A stretch of 64,000 bases of DNA from Candidatus Nitrosopumilus limneticus (GCA_022117465.1 JAHCGZ010000005.1:7544-71543); one strand, 5' to 3'. Positions 16,892 to 27,467 are shown, counted from the first letter of the stretch. Program-made: numbers and translations. Notes: generated by a model not told the origin, from the sequence alone.

Positions 16892-17131
16892 GTGCAGGCA
16901 TTATGTTTGATTACTGTCAAACCTGGAAAAGTTGATTCAGTTGTTGAGATATTAAAGAAAAAAAGGAAGGTACTCAAGCAAGTGATGATAGTTACAGGTA
17001 GAGCAGATATTAGCGTAATATTGCAAGGGGAAATTACACAAATTAATCAAATGGTAATTGATTTTAAAAATATTAGAGATATTGTCACAACAGAAACTCT
17101 AATTGAAGTGGAGGTTGATTTAGGATGGTAA
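16892..17131 (+). CDS. Lrp/AsnC ligand-binding (RAM) domain protein
   Basis: ITVKPGK...VTGRADI...TTETLI pattern. Confidence 0.8.
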   Translation: MQALCLITVKPGKVDSVVEILKKKRKVLKQVMIVTGRADISVILQGEITQINQMVIDFKNIRDIVTTETLIEVEVDLGW

Positions 17132-17343
17132 GGGCTATAATTTTAGTAAAATCTCCAAAAAAATTAATTGCAGTAAAATTAAGAAAATTACCAAACATAA
17201 GTAATTCATTTCCAACTAGCGGTCAATTTGACGCAGTTGCAGTTATTGAGGTTAATCAATTATCTCAAATAAAAGAAGTTACAAACCAAATTCAAAAAAT
17301 CAGTGGAGTTGAACGCACTGAGACCATGGTTGAAGTTGAATAA
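17125..17343 (+). CDS. Lrp/AsnC ligand-binding (RAM) domain protein
   Basis: TSGQFDAVAVIEV...IQKISGVERTET. Confidence 0.8.
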   Translation: MVRAIILVKSPKKLIAVKLRKLPNISNSFPTSGQFDAVAVIEVNQLSQIKEVTNQIQKISGVERTETMVEVE

Positions 17344-17410
17344 AAGCAGTTTTTATAATATCTATAATAAAAATGGCAATTGATTTAAACAACTTTGATC
17401 CATATTTGTT

Positions 17411-17824
17411 GTGAATATCAAGAAAGTTGGAAATGTAATCTTGGCAGTCAAAGATTTAGACAAATCCATTAAATTCTACAATGAAATTATTGGCTTACCA
17501 ATCAAAGAACAAAGAAAATCCTGGGTAGATTTAGGTATAACTGGATCATTGTTGAGTTTACATCCTGCATCATCAACTGCACCACATACTGGTAGTTCAG
17601 TTGAAAATGGAATAAGTATAGGATTTCTAGTAGGAGATTTGAAATCTGCACTAGATGAACTAAAGGCTAAAGGTGTTACAATTCATCGTGACATGATTGA
17701 AAAGGATGCAGGAAAAAATGCAGTAATTTTAGATCCAGACCAATACATGATTTCATTGTTTGAACCAATTTTCAAAGACAAAGATCAACAAACAAGCGGA
17801 TATTACGGATTTACACCAGCTTAG
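17411..17824 (+). CDS. VOC/glyoxalase family protein
   Basis: VILAVKDLDKSIKFYNEIIGL...DPDQYMISLF. Confidence 0.87.
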   Translation: MNIKKVGNVILAVKDLDKSIKFYNEIIGLPIKEQRKSWVDLGITGSLLSLHPASSTAPHTGSSVENGISIGFLVGDLKSALDELKAKGVTIHRDMIEKDAGKNAVILDPDQYMISLFEPIFKDKDQQTSGYYGFTPA

Positions 17825-18207
17825 ATTATTTTTTTTATTAATGAAACAATCTTATCTAAATTTTTTTCCTTTGAATTAATTGAAACATAAAAAGTTACAT
17901 TGTTTTTTTGAAAAACAATAATGTTAACTTTTGAGTGTTTCAAAATAATATAATCTAATTTGCCTAAAGAAGTTTCATTATTTTTTCGTAATGAAAATAA
18001 AGTGGAAACTATGAAAAATTCATGTTTTACTTCTTCAGATTTTAAAAGGGGTTTGAGAGTAGGATTTATTATTCCAGTTAGTGTTCTACCGTAATTATTG
18101 ATTACTCCAGAATATCTAATATTTTCAGATACCTTAAGAATTGACTGGCATTGTTGTCTGTATTTTAGTATAGTATTTTTCCATGCATCTGCAGCAGTTT
18201 TTACCAT
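17821..18207 (-). CDS. Roadblock/profilin-like thaumarchaeal protein (DUF6659-like)
   Basis: IRYSGVINNYGRTLTG...LGKLDY pattern. Confidence 0.65.
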   Translation of the reverse strand: MVKTAADAWKNTILKYRQQCQSILKVSENIRYSGVINNYGRTLTGIINPTLKPLLKSEEVKHEFFIVSTLFSLRKNNETSLGKLDYIILKHSKVNIIVFQKNNVTFYVSINSKEKNLDKIVSLIKKII

Positions 18208-18264
18208 ATTAAAAATTCAAAATAGATTGTAATAAGGCTTATCAAAATTTTAAAATTTTATTGT

Positions 18265-18645
18265 TTATGGATTATGTCTATCGTTAGGTCTTGAGTTTAA
18301 TTTTTTCTTTAACTCAATATTTTCTTTAACTAATTTATCGTTTTGAGTTTTTAGAGTTTGAATAGAATTTCTACTAGTAAATAGAGGATGTCCTGATGGA
18401 ACTACTGAAGTTTCAGGAGATAATAGCCCTGAAGCATAATCTTGATACATTCTTTGAAATCCCTGTAGTTTTTGATTAAGAGTTTCATTATGTTTGGATA
18501 ATTGTGATTTCATCTGATTTTGGTAAACTGGTGATAATGGGTGATTGAATCCTGGAGGTAATCTTGGAAATTGAAATGCCATTGGAGGTATGTTTGGATT
18601 TAATCCATATAGGTCCTGTAGATGTCTCATTACCATATTATCCAT
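18265..18645 (-). CDS. Pro-rich hypothetical protein with a C-terminal coiled coil; may extend to an ATG at 18689 through a 1-nt indel
   Basis: 126-aa ORF; upstream MPKVSHKYSKFKTS is in an adjacent frame. Confidence 0.65.
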   Translation of the reverse strand: MDNMVMRHLQDLYGLNPNIPPMAFQFPRLPPGFNHPLSPVYQNQMKSQLSKHNETLNQKLQGFQRMYQDYASGLLSPETSVVPSGHPLFTSRNSIQTLKTQNDKLVKENIELKKKLNSRPNDRHNP

Positions 18646-18782
18646 GAACTTGTTTTAAATTTGCTATATTTGTGGCTTACTTTAGGCATTTGATATACAG
18701 GCTAGTCTAATTTCTGTCAGTTTTGCTCAATTAATTCAGATCGCAGATCCTTATACTCCACATATTTTGATCGCATGTATTC

Positions 18783-18929
18783 ATGGATGAATTAAAAAAG
18801 TCTTGTTTACGTTGTAAAAAAGATATCAAAGCAGAGGATTTACACAAAATTGTAATGTATGTTGTTGGAGAAAAATTTACAGAGCATCATTATGAACATG
18901 TTGAATGTCCTGGTAAATTTACAATTTAA
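18783..18929 (+). CDS. 48-aa putative Zn-binding micro-protein MDELKKSCLRCKK...HYEHVECP
   Basis: Translated by hand; CxxC plus HxxC. Confidence 0.5.
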   Translation: MDELKKSCLRCKKDIKAEDLHKIVMYVVGEKFTEHHYEHVECPGKFTI

Positions 18930-18950
18930 TTTAAGATATTATTAATGAAA

Positions 18951-19727
18951 TTATCCTTCAAATTCATATACTTTATAAATTTCTCCAGATAGTCTAGAGC
19001 GATATTTCCATTCATCGTTTTTCCATATAATTTGTTTATACTCTTTTTGGGAGTTTGGATGAAGTCTATCATAAACATCTGAACCAATCAAAATTTGATT
19101 AGGTTTTGCCATACTTTGAATTTTTGCAGAAATATTCATTACCGGTCCAATTAAATCTACATGAGAATTAACTTTGTCAGCACCATATCTGACAATAATA
19201 TTTTGACCAAAATCAACACCGATTTTCACCTTTAAATCTGGATAATCATATTGGTTTAGAATTGGATTTATCCCTTTTTGAATAACAGAAATCATTGATT
19301 TTGCACAATTGACTGCATTAGCTGTAGTTAACAGCGAATCATTTTCAGCAACAAAATATCCAATAACTGCATCACCTACAAATTTCAAAACATATCCATG
19401 ATGCTGTCTAATTACAGAACCCATCTCTTGTGAAAATGAACTAATTATAATTGCAATTTTTTCAGGAGGTAATTCTAAAGCCATAGTAGTAGAACCCACT
19501 AAATCTACATACAAAACTACCATATCTAATTTACAAAATACATGTTTTCGAAGATATGTATCAGATTCATTAACTACCCCAGAATACTCGTATCCTGTTT
19601 TTAAAGAACCCCAAACTCTTTTTTGAGTATCTAAAATCATAGAATCAAAATCAATAACTTCTTCAACATTTCTACTTAGTAACATATCAACTACATTATT
19701 TTCAGCAGAATCAATTTTTTCAGTCAT
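18951..19727 (-). CDS. Class III adenylate/guanylate cyclase domain protein
   Basis: VLYVDLVGST, KFVGDAV, IGVDFG, DLIGPVMNISAKIQ. Confidence 0.88.
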   Translation of the reverse strand: MTEKIDSAENNVVDMLLSRNVEEVIDFDSMILDTQKRVWGSLKTGYEYSGVVNESDTYLRKHVFCKLDMVVLYVDLVGSTTMALELPPEKIAIIISSFSQEMGSVIRQHHGYVLKFVGDAVIGYFVAENDSLLTTANAVNCAKSMISVIQKGINPILNQYDYPDLKVKIGVDFGQNIIVRYGADKVNSHVDLIGPVMNISAKIQSMAKPNQILIGSDVYDRLHPNSQKEYKQIIWKNDEWKYRSRLSGEIYKVYEFEG

Positions 19728-19736
19728 TTTTCATTA

Positions 19737-19859
19737 TTACTCCAATGGAAAATCAATTTTACAATTAATACATTTACCTCTAATTCCATGGTAAATTTTA
19801 TCATAGTATTCAATTATTTTACCATTACAGTTGTAGCACATTATTTTTGATTCTTTCAT
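19737..19859 (-). CDS. 40-aa Zn-ribbon micro-protein MKESKIMCYNC...GKCINCKIDFPLE
   Basis: Translated by hand; two CxxC motifs; ends 9 nt before the cyclase start. Confidence 0.55.
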   Translation of the reverse strand: MKESKIMCYNCNGKIIEYYDKIYHGIRGKCINCKIDFPLE

Positions 19860-19980
19860 GCCTGATATTAGTGATTTATCTATTTAGATATTGTATATTA
19901 TTTTGAAATCTTCAAAAATAATTAAAATAAGATTTTGATTGTAAATGAAGGTTTAAGGATAAGAATTATGGGGTATTTTT

Positions 19981-20820
19981 GTGCGATTAGGTTCAAGATC
20001 CCCTGATGAATTCATGCAAATGTTAAATAAAAAAAATGAATTGATTCAACAAGATCTTTTAGTAAAGATTCTTGAATTAACAAAAACAGTTAATGTCAAA
20101 GTTATGCTTGGTGATGCAACAATCACCGAACAAAAAACATTTGATCCTAAACTAGTAATCGATTATCTTGAAAAATTAAATCAAAAATTAACTGGTTGGG
20201 AATTACAAGATGTATCAATTACAAATAATCAGGATCTCAGAAGAGTGTTTACAAAATTTCAAATTATTGAAGGAAATTATTTGATATCAGGACATATTTC
20301 ATTGCAATTTCATGTATTGTTATACTATAAACCTCTACAAAGAGTAATAGAGTGTCAAAAGGAATTAGCAGATATTGTAGATATTACAAAAAATAAGGAG
20401 ACAGAATTATCAGATAACAGTGACCAATTTGTATTAAATAAATTAAAAGAGATGGGATACAAGGATTTTGATCATCAAAAATTATTTGAAGTATTTTATG
20501 ATGATGAAGAATTTAGTAAAAAAGTATATGCAGAAATTGAAAAAGATTCAGGTGTAGAATTTAAAAAATTAACTGAAAGAAAAAATATATTGTTTAAAGA
20601 ATTAGATTCATTGTTAGTTGAAACATATCAAACAAGTTCAGTTCTAATTGATGATGCACGATTAGTTTCAGGAGAAGAAGGCTGTCTTAGTACATTGGAT
20701 ATAGAATTTATTAAAAATAGTAATCGTGAAGGCTTGTTTGATCCTAGAAAGATGTCAAATATGGTTAAAGAGAATATTTTAAAAAAATTAGATGAACTAC
20801 AATTGGTAATTAAAAATTAG
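19981..20820 (+). CDS. Hypothetical protein
   Basis: 279-aa ORF, GTG start. Confidence 0.75.
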   Translation: MRLGSRSPDEFMQMLNKKNELIQQDLLVKILELTKTVNVKVMLGDATITEQKTFDPKLVIDYLEKLNQKLTGWELQDVSITNNQDLRRVFTKFQIIEGNYLISGHISLQFHVLLYYKPLQRVIECQKELADIVDITKNKETELSDNSDQFVLNKLKEMGYKDFDHQKLFEVFYDDEEFSKKVYAEIEKDSGVEFKKLTERKNILFKELDSLLVETYQTSSVLIDDARLVSGEEGCLSTLDIEFIKNSNREGLFDPRKMSNMVKENILKKLDELQLVIKN

Positions 20821-20855
20821 GCTTGAAAATTTTAAAAAAATGAAAAAACATATCG

Positions 20856-22100
20856 ATGAACTCAAATACTACAAAAAACGAGCAAGTCTCCATGAATCCA
20901 ACATATGATGAAATAGTAAAGGCAAATTCATTGAGAGGTAATGTAATTAGAAAAACACCTTTATCATATTCTGTCACATTTAGTAAGTTAACAAATTCAG
21001 AAATTTACTTAAAAGAAGAGTTTAGACAAAAAACAGGGTCATTTAAGATTAGAGGAGCATACTATAAAATTAAATCATTATCAGATAAAGAAAAAAAACA
21101 CGGAGTAGTAGCTGCATCTGCAGGAAATCATGCACAAGGCGTTGCATTAGCATCATCTTTAGAAAATATACCCTGTACAATTGTAATGCCAAAAAATGCA
21201 TCACCAGCCAAAGTATCTGCAACACGAGGATATGGTGCAACTATTATCTTGGAAGGAACAAATTATGATGAAGCATATTTTAAAGCAAAAGAAATTGCAA
21301 AAAAGACTGGTGCAACAATAATCCAAGCATTTGATGATCCTCAAATCATTGCAGCTCAAGGAGTTATAGGATTAGAAATATTAGAGGATCTACCAGATGT
21401 TGATGAGATTTATCTCCCAATTGGTGGTGGTGGTTTGGCTGCAGGAACTGTAATTGCCATAAAAGAAAAAAACCCAAATATCAAAGTAATTGGAGTTCAA
21501 TCAAAATCATTTCCATCAATGTATGAATCAGTAAAACAAAATGCAAGAACCACATCAGGTGGAGAAAGAACAATAGCTGATGGTATTTCTGTTAAAATGC
21601 CTGGGGAGTTGACCTTTGAGATAATAAAAAATCTAATTGATGAAATTGTCTTAGTTGATGATAATGAAATTACCAAAGCAATGTTTCTATTAATGGAAAG
21701 AATGAAATTTGTAATTGAACCTGCTGGGGCAGTAGGATTAGCTTATTTGATTTCAAAAAAACCTTCACCTGGAAAAAAAGTAGTTGTAGTTTTAGCAGGA
21801 GGAAATATCGACATGTATCTTTTAGGTCAAATTGTAGATAAAGGACTTGCAGCAATGAGCAGATTACTAAAATTATCTGTATTGTTGCCAGACAGACCTG
21901 GTGCATTTAAAGAAATTGTAGATCTTATCACTTTAGCCAATGCAAATATTGTCGAAGTTGTTCACGATAGATTAAGTTCTGATGTAAATGCAGGTTCTGC
22001 AGCAGTTACACTCAATTTAGAAACTCAAGGAAAGGAACAAGCTGAATCTCTAATAAAATCATTAGAAGAAAATTGTGTGAAATTTAAATTATTGACATAG
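20856..22100 (+). CDS. ilvA: Threonine ammonia-lyase with a C-terminal ACT domain
   Basis: TGSFKIRGA PLP lysine, SAGNHAQG, PIGGGGL, EPAG; LPDRPG ACT domain. Confidence 0.93.
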   Translation: MNSNTTKNEQVSMNPTYDEIVKANSLRGNVIRKTPLSYSVTFSKLTNSEIYLKEEFRQKTGSFKIRGAYYKIKSLSDKEKKHGVVAASAGNHAQGVALASSLENIPCTIVMPKNASPAKVSATRGYGATIILEGTNYDEAYFKAKEIAKKTGATIIQAFDDPQIIAAQGVIGLEILEDLPDVDEIYLPIGGGGLAAGTVIAIKEKNPNIKVIGVQSKSFPSMYESVKQNARTTSGGERTIADGISVKMPGELTFEIIKNLIDEIVLVDDNEITKAMFLLMERMKFVIEPAGAVGLAYLISKKPSPGKKVVVVLAGGNIDMYLLGQIVDKGLAAMSRLLKLSVLLPDRPGAFKEIVDLITLANANIVEVVHDRLSSDVNAGSAAVTLNLETQGKEQAESLIKSLEENCVKFKLLT

Positions 22101-22114
22101 AATAATTAAAAATT

Positions 22115-22342
22115 ATGCCTCTTTTTTGTAAACAATGTAAGGGTAGAAGATTACCAAAGACAACAAAACCAGAAAATATTACTTTGTGGCTGTGTGAAAA
22201 TTGTAAAAATTTTGTAAATTCTGAGGATTTTATTGTTAGAGAAGCTCAATCTAGTGAGTATGATGAATCTCAGGAGGATTATAAGAAATGGGTAAAATCA
22301 ATTCCTCCAACTGAGGGTACTAAAGATTCATTTCGATTTTAA
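22115..22342 (+). CDS. Zn-ribbon protein
   Basis: CKQC...CENC. Confidence 0.65.
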   Translation: MPLFCKQCKGRRLPKTTKPENITLWLCENCKNFVNSEDFIVREAQSSEYDESQEDYKKWVKSIPPTEGTKDSFRF

Positions 22343-22347
22343 GAAAA

Positions 22348-22443
22348 TCAAAATTTTATTTCAATGCCTAAAACAATCAACTGAACAAGAAATACAACAC
22401 CTAACAATACGGAGGCTAAAACAATTTTGAGAATTTTAGACAT
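22348..22443 (-). CDS. 31-aa single-TM micro-protein MSKILKIVLASVLLGVVFLVQLIVLGIEIKF
   Basis: Translated by hand; one hydrophobic helix. Confidence 0.4.
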   Translation of the reverse strand: MSKILKIVLASVLLGVVFLVQLIVLGIEIKF

Positions 22444-22485
22444 AGTACATTAGATATTTTTAGTGCATTTTAATGAATTCATCTA

Positions 22486-23628
22486 GTGGCAAAGATTTTG
22501 GGAATTATTGGGGGAGGGCAACTTGGAATGATGCTTACAGAAGCAGCTAATAAAATGCCTGAACACATATCAAAAGTTATAGTTTTGGATCCAAATAGAA
22601 ATTGTTCAGCATCATTAGTTGGAGCAGAACAAATAATTGCAGATTTTAAAGATAAGGATGCAATCATAAATCTCTCAAAGCAAGTGGATATTATCACATA
22701 TGAAATAGAATCAGGGAATAGTGATGTCTTAAAATCTGTAGAAAATAATGCAGAAATTAATCCATCTCCAGAAACACTAAAAATAATTCAAGATAAATTT
22801 TTACAAAAAACATTTTTAGAAAATAACAGCATACCAGTATCAGAATTTATAAAAATAGACAACATTGAGGAATTAAAACAGGGTTTGAAAAAATTTGGAT
22901 ATCCTGCATTACTAAAAGCTAGAAGGGATGCATATGATGGAAAAGGAAATTTCAAAATTGATTCAGAAAACAAAATTCAGCAAGCATATGATTATTTTAA
23001 AGATCAAAAACTAATGTTAGAAAAATTTGTTCCATTTAAAATGGAAGTTTCAGTAATTGCTTCAAGAAATACAAAAGGAGAAATTAAGACATATCCATTA
23101 GTTGAAAATATTCATGAAAAAAATATTTTACGTCAAACCATTGCCCCAGCTAGAACATCAAATGAGGTTTCACAAAAGGCTGAAAAAATTGCTACTGATA
23201 TAATGGATGTGTTAAAGGGAGCAGGAGTTTTTGGCATAGAGATGTTTGTAACACAAGATGATGAAATTGTAATTAATGAGATTGCTCCAAGAGTACATAA
23301 TTCTGGTCATCATACACTACAATCAGGTAAAACATCTCAATTTGAACAGCATTTACGAGCAATTTTAGGATTAGATTTAGGGGATACCAAATTAATCTAC
23401 AATACAATAATGTACAATATTTTGGGAAACTTAGATTTTGAGGGTGAATATAAAAAATTAGAACTTTCTGAAAAAAACATATTTTTAAAAATGTATCAAA
23501 AGAAAATTTCTAAACCACTAAGAAAATTAGGACATTTGAATATTGTTGGAACAGATGCACAAACAATTGATGAATTGTTACTAGAACTAGAAAAAATCAA
23601 AAATAAAATAAAAATAGAATCAATATAA
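22486..23628 (+). CDS. purK: N5-carboxyaminoimidazole ribonucleotide synthase
   Basis: GGGQLGMM, AYDGKG, EIAPRVHNSGH, SQFEQHLRA, RKLGH. Confidence 0.93.
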   Translation: MAKILGIIGGGQLGMMLTEAANKMPEHISKVIVLDPNRNCSASLVGAEQIIADFKDKDAIINLSKQVDIITYEIESGNSDVLKSVENNAEINPSPETLKIIQDKFLQKTFLENNSIPVSEFIKIDNIEELKQGLKKFGYPALLKARRDAYDGKGNFKIDSENKIQQAYDYFKDQKLMLEKFVPFKMEVSVIASRNTKGEIKTYPLVENIHEKNILRQTIAPARTSNEVSQKAEKIATDIMDVLKGAGVFGIEMFVTQDDEIVINEIAPRVHNSGHHTLQSGKTSQFEQHLRAILGLDLGDTKLIYNTIMYNILGNLDFEGEYKKLELSEKNIFLKMYQKKISKPLRKLGHLNIVGTDAQTIDELLLELEKIKNKIKIESI

Positions 23629-23661
23629 TTGGTTTAAATATTGTAAAATTTCAATTCAAGC

Positions 23662-24033
23662 ATGGCACTAAAAGCATCAATGATACTTGCAGCAATATCC
23701 ATTGTATTATTAGTGATGTATGGTGCTGATGTTGCAGTTTCAATGGGTAATTCTGAGAAGCAAGGATTCTTACCATTAGATGACAAGACACGTGGAATGA
23801 TACTTGGTGGTCCAGCAATAGTTTTACCAATTATTGCATTTTTCATTGCTTTAAAAGAAAAATCAAAAGGTTTAGGGGGATTAATAATAATTTCAGGCAT
23901 TTTAATTATAATTGGAGGATTAGCAATGATTGCAATTCCTGCACCAGAAGGTACAGAAAGAAATCCAATAATGTTATTTGCACCAGCAGTTATTCAAATT
24001 GCATTAGGTGCTATCAAGATTGTAAAATCCTAA
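23662..24033 (+). CDS. Membrane protein with about 4 TM helices
   Basis: Hydrophobic segments. Confidence 0.7.
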   Translation: MALKASMILAAISIVLLVMYGADVAVSMGNSEKQGFLPLDDKTRGMILGGPAIVLPIIAFFIALKEKSKGLGGLIIISGILIIIGGLAMIAIPAPEGTERNPIMLFAPAVIQIALGAIKIVKS

Positions 24034-24046
24034 GAGGATTATACTT

Positions 24047-24193
24047 ATGCCAATTTGTGTAAAATGTAGTAACGATGTAAAAAAAGTATATGATTGTGAT
24101 CATACAAAATTTGAAGATTATTGTGTTGAATGTTATACAGAACTACATTATTACATAACAGAGAATAATTCTGATGAAAATGTTAACTGCTAG
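24047..24193 (+). CDS. 48-aa Cys-rich Zn-finger micro-protein MPICVKC...CDH...YCVECY
   Basis: Translated by hand. Confidence 0.5.
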   Translation: MPICVKCSNDVKKVYDCDHTKFEDYCVECYTELHYYITENNSDENVNC

Positions 24194-24422
24194 AGAAGTT
24201 GCAATTTATGCATTAGGTAAGACTGAAGGGGTTAATTCACTAGCAGAAACACTTGGAAAAGGTATGGATGATGAAAAATATATCGAATCATGGAATAAAA
24301 CTATGAAATTATTAGGAATTGAAATGCCATTAAAAGATCTAGAGTCAATCTATAATGAATTTGCAAAAAAAATGGAGGATATTGTAGTAAATTCACCAAC
24401 TGATGACACTCATAAAAAATGA
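24174..24422 (+). CDS. Hypothetical protein
   Basis: 82-aa ORF. Confidence 0.65.
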   Translation: MKMLTAREVAIYALGKTEGVNSLAETLGKGMDDEKYIESWNKTMKLLGIEMPLKDLESIYNEFAKKMEDIVVNSPTDDTHKK

Positions 24423-24461
24423 GATAATTTTGATATAGTCAAAAAAATAACAAATTAGTAA

Positions 24462-25130
24462 ATGAAAGCAATTATTTTAGCAGGAGGAAGAGGCAACAGA
24501 TTAAAACCAATTACTGATTACGTTCCAAAATCGCTAGTTCCAATTAAAAATATACCAATAATAGAATGGCAAATAAAATATTTAAAAAAATTTGGCATAT
24601 CAGAGGTAATAATTTGTTCAGGATATAAGACAGAAATGATAGAAGATTACCTTAAAAATAGAAAATTAGGTATTAAAATTACTTTTTCGATAGAAAACAA
24701 ACCCCTGGGTACTGGAGGAGCAATAAAAAAAGCAGGTAATAAAATTAAAGAAAAATCATTTCTAGTAATTAATGGAGACATTATAACAAATATTGATTTA
24801 AAACAATTACTAAAAAAAGAAAATTCTATAGCATCAATACAATTAAAATCAAAATTTGGAATTTTACAAACAGATCAAGACAAAATAATAAAATTTGATG
24901 AAAAAAAAGAGATACCAGACATATGGATGAATGCCGGAATTTATTATCTCAATAAAGAAATTATAAAAGACTTGCCAAATATTGGGGATATTGAAAAAAC
25001 AGTATTTCCAAATTTTGCAAAAAAAGAAAAATTATTTACAATAAAATTCAAAAATATTAAATGGTTTTCTATAGATTCCTTCAAAGATATGGAAGAATGT
25101 TCATCAGTAATAGAGAAAATAATAAAATAA
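24462..25130 (+). CDS. Sugar-phosphate nucleotidyltransferase (NTP transferase family)
   Basis: AIILAGGRGNRLKPITDYVPK, PLGTGGA, INGD, WMNAGIY. Confidence 0.87.
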   Translation: MKAIILAGGRGNRLKPITDYVPKSLVPIKNIPIIEWQIKYLKKFGISEVIICSGYKTEMIEDYLKNRKLGIKITFSIENKPLGTGGAIKKAGNKIKEKSFLVINGDIITNIDLKQLLKKENSIASIQLKSKFGILQTDQDKIIKFDEKKEIPDIWMNAGIYYLNKEIIKDLPNIGDIEKTVFPNFAKKEKLFTIKFKNIKWFSIDSFKDMEECSSVIEKIIK

Positions 25131-25141
25131 AATTATAGAAT

Positions 25142-25297
25142 CTATGCACCAGTTCTATGTAATGTTACCATCATGTATGCCACTTCCTCTACAAATGATT
25201 CATCGTCACTAGAAGAAGCATATTTTGTTACATTTTTCCAAAATGAATCATTTTTACATGATTTTTCTACAATCTCTTGTTCTGACAATATCGTCAA
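25142..25297 (-). CDS. 51-aa hypothetical protein MTILSEQEIVEKSC...
   Basis: Translated by hand; TTG start; fills the intergenic gap. Confidence 0.45.
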   Translation of the reverse strand: MTILSEQEIVEKSCKNDSFWKNVTKYASSSDDESFVEEVAYMMVTLHRTGA

Positions 25298-25389
25298 TCA
25301 ACAAATTATGCAATAATGAATAACCTCAATCAAAATTAACCTATTACTAAAAGAGATACACTAGAATATCCATTATTCATAATCTCGTC

Positions 25390-26358
25390 ATGCGTATAGC
25401 ATGTAGTTTAGGCTCACTATTGTCAGTAGATGAGGTTCTTCAATGCACAGAAATGATGTCAAAAACAAAAATTGATTCAATTTGGATACCTGAAACATGG
25501 GGAATGGAAAATTTTTCAATATTAGCAACTGTAGCAAATAAAACTAAAACTCAAAAAATAGGCTCATCTATAATCAATATTTACTCTAGAAGTCCATCAA
25601 TGATTTCTATGGGAGCAGCTACTATTGATATTCTATCAGAGGGACGATTTATTCTAGGATTAGGAACAAGTAGTATTCCAATAGTTGAAGATTTTCATGG
25701 AGAAAAATTTGATTATCCAGTGCAAAGAATGCGAGAATATGTAGAAATTATTAGGTTATCATTAGCAAAAAAACAAATTGACTACACAGGGAAAATTTTC
25801 AATTTAAAAAATTTCACTTTGTTAATTGAACCCAAACGAAAATCAATTCCAATATACTTGGCTGCAATAAATCAAAAAATGGTTAATTTGACTTGGGAAA
25901 TAGGTGATGGAGTAATATTTTATTTGCGTCCTATAGAAGAGATGAAAAAAACAATTTCAAAAATGCAATTAGGAAAAAAAATTGATGTTGCCTGTCAAAT
26001 CATTACATGTATTTCTAATAATTCAGAACATGCAAAAGAGCGAGCTAAAAAAACACTTGCATTTTATGTATCAGTTGGAAAAATTTATAGAGAATTTTTA
26101 TCTAAAAATGGATTTAAAAATGAAACTGATAATATTTTTGACGAATTTAAGAAATCAGGATTCATATCAAACCATGAATTAGTTACAGATTCGATGTTAA
26201 ATTCGCTTTGTATTGCAGGATCACCAGATGAAGCAAAATTACAATTAAAAAAATTTAGAGATGCAGGAATTGATTTACCAATAATTCAATTTAATCCAGT
26301 AGGAAATACAATTGAATCATTTTCATTATTGAAAAAAACACTTTTGGATGAACAATAA
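25390..26358 (+). CDS. Luciferase-like monooxygenase (LLM) class, probably F420-dependent oxidoreductase
   Basis: SIWIPE, IGSSIINIYSRSP, SEGRFILGLG, IPIYLAA. Confidence 0.88.
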   Translation: MRIACSLGSLLSVDEVLQCTEMMSKTKIDSIWIPETWGMENFSILATVANKTKTQKIGSSIINIYSRSPSMISMGAATIDILSEGRFILGLGTSSIPIVEDFHGEKFDYPVQRMREYVEIIRLSLAKKQIDYTGKIFNLKNFTLLIEPKRKSIPIYLAAINQKMVNLTWEIGDGVIFYLRPIEEMKKTISKMQLGKKIDVACQIITCISNNSEHAKERAKKTLAFYVSVGKIYREFLSKNGFKNETDNIFDEFKKSGFISNHELVTDSMLNSLCIAGSPDEAKLQLKKFRDAGIDLPIIQFNPVGNTIESFSLLKKTLLDEQ

Positions 26359-27467
26359 TGATAAAAGTAGGAATTGTAGCATATGGAACCACCCCATTTA
26401 CAAAAGATGATCATAAAATAGAATCAATATTGCACAAATCAACAAATAATCTTTTTCAAAAATATCCCAAAATTGATAAAAAAGAAATTGATGCAGTGTT
26501 AGTTTCTACAAATGATAATTCAAAATATTTATCAGCAATTCTTTCTGAAATGTCTGGAATTCAACCAAAAATAGCACATTCAATTGAAAGTTTGTGTAAT
26601 TCAGGAACAAATTCGATTGTTTCAGCATTTTCATACATTTCATCAGGACTTGCTGACATGGTTTTAGTTTCAGGTGCTGAAAGATATGATAGTCCAGGTC
26701 AGATATTGGAATGGGATAACTCTAGAGGAGAATTCAAACATCCCATTTTTTGGGCATCAATTTTTTCAAAATCATATAAACAAGAATATGGAATTACTGA
26801 GGAAGATTTAGCAATTGTTTCAGTAAAAAATCATAAACAAGCAAAAGAAAATCCAAATGCATTATCTAAAAAAACTTACACAGTAGATGATGTTATGAAT
26901 TCTAAAAAACTAACAGATGATTTAAGACTATTAGATTGTTCAAGACCATGTACAGGAAGTGCATCAATACTATTGGCATCAGAGGAAATGACTAAAAAAT
27001 TAACAGATATGCCAATATGGATTACAGGTATAGGTCAAAAAACAATTTCAGCAGGATTTACAAAAAATATTTCATTGTCATCAATGGAATCAACTAAAAT
27101 TGCAGGACAATCAGCATTAAAAATGTCAAATCTAGATATTTCACAAATTGATGTTGCAGAAGTACATGATGCATTTTCAGTTTGTGAACCAATGGCATTA
27201 GAATCACTAGGATTTACAAAATCAGGACAAGGAATCAACATGATAAAAAATTTACATGAAACAAACAACTTTAAAATTAATCCCCGAGGAGGATTAATTG
27301 GATGTGGTCATCCATTAGGTGCTACAGGAATTTCACAAACTATAGAAATTATTCAACAATTACAAAATACAGCAGATAATCGTCAAACAGATAATCCAAA
27401 AACAGGATTAATTCATAATATGTCTGCTGCAGCAACATCATCAACAGTTTTAATTTTAGAAAAATGA
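26358..27467 (+). CDS. Acetyl-CoA C-acetyltransferase (archaeal thiolase)
   Basis: ESLCNSG, VKNHKQA..NP, EVHDAFS, INPRGGLIGCGHPLGATG. Confidence 0.9.
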   Translation: MIKVGIVAYGTTPFTKDDHKIESILHKSTNNLFQKYPKIDKKEIDAVLVSTNDNSKYLSAILSEMSGIQPKIAHSIESLCNSGTNSIVSAFSYISSGLADMVLVSGAERYDSPGQILEWDNSRGEFKHPIFWASIFSKSYKQEYGITEEDLAIVSVKNHKQAKENPNALSKKTYTVDDVMNSKKLTDDLRLLDCSRPCTGSASILLASEEMTKKLTDMPIWITGIGQKTISAGFTKNISLSSMESTKIAGQSALKMSNLDISQIDVAEVHDAFSVCEPMALESLGFTKSGQGINMIKNLHETNNFKINPRGGLIGCGHPLGATGISQTIEIIQQLQNTADNRQTDNPKTGLIHNMSAAATSSTVLILEK

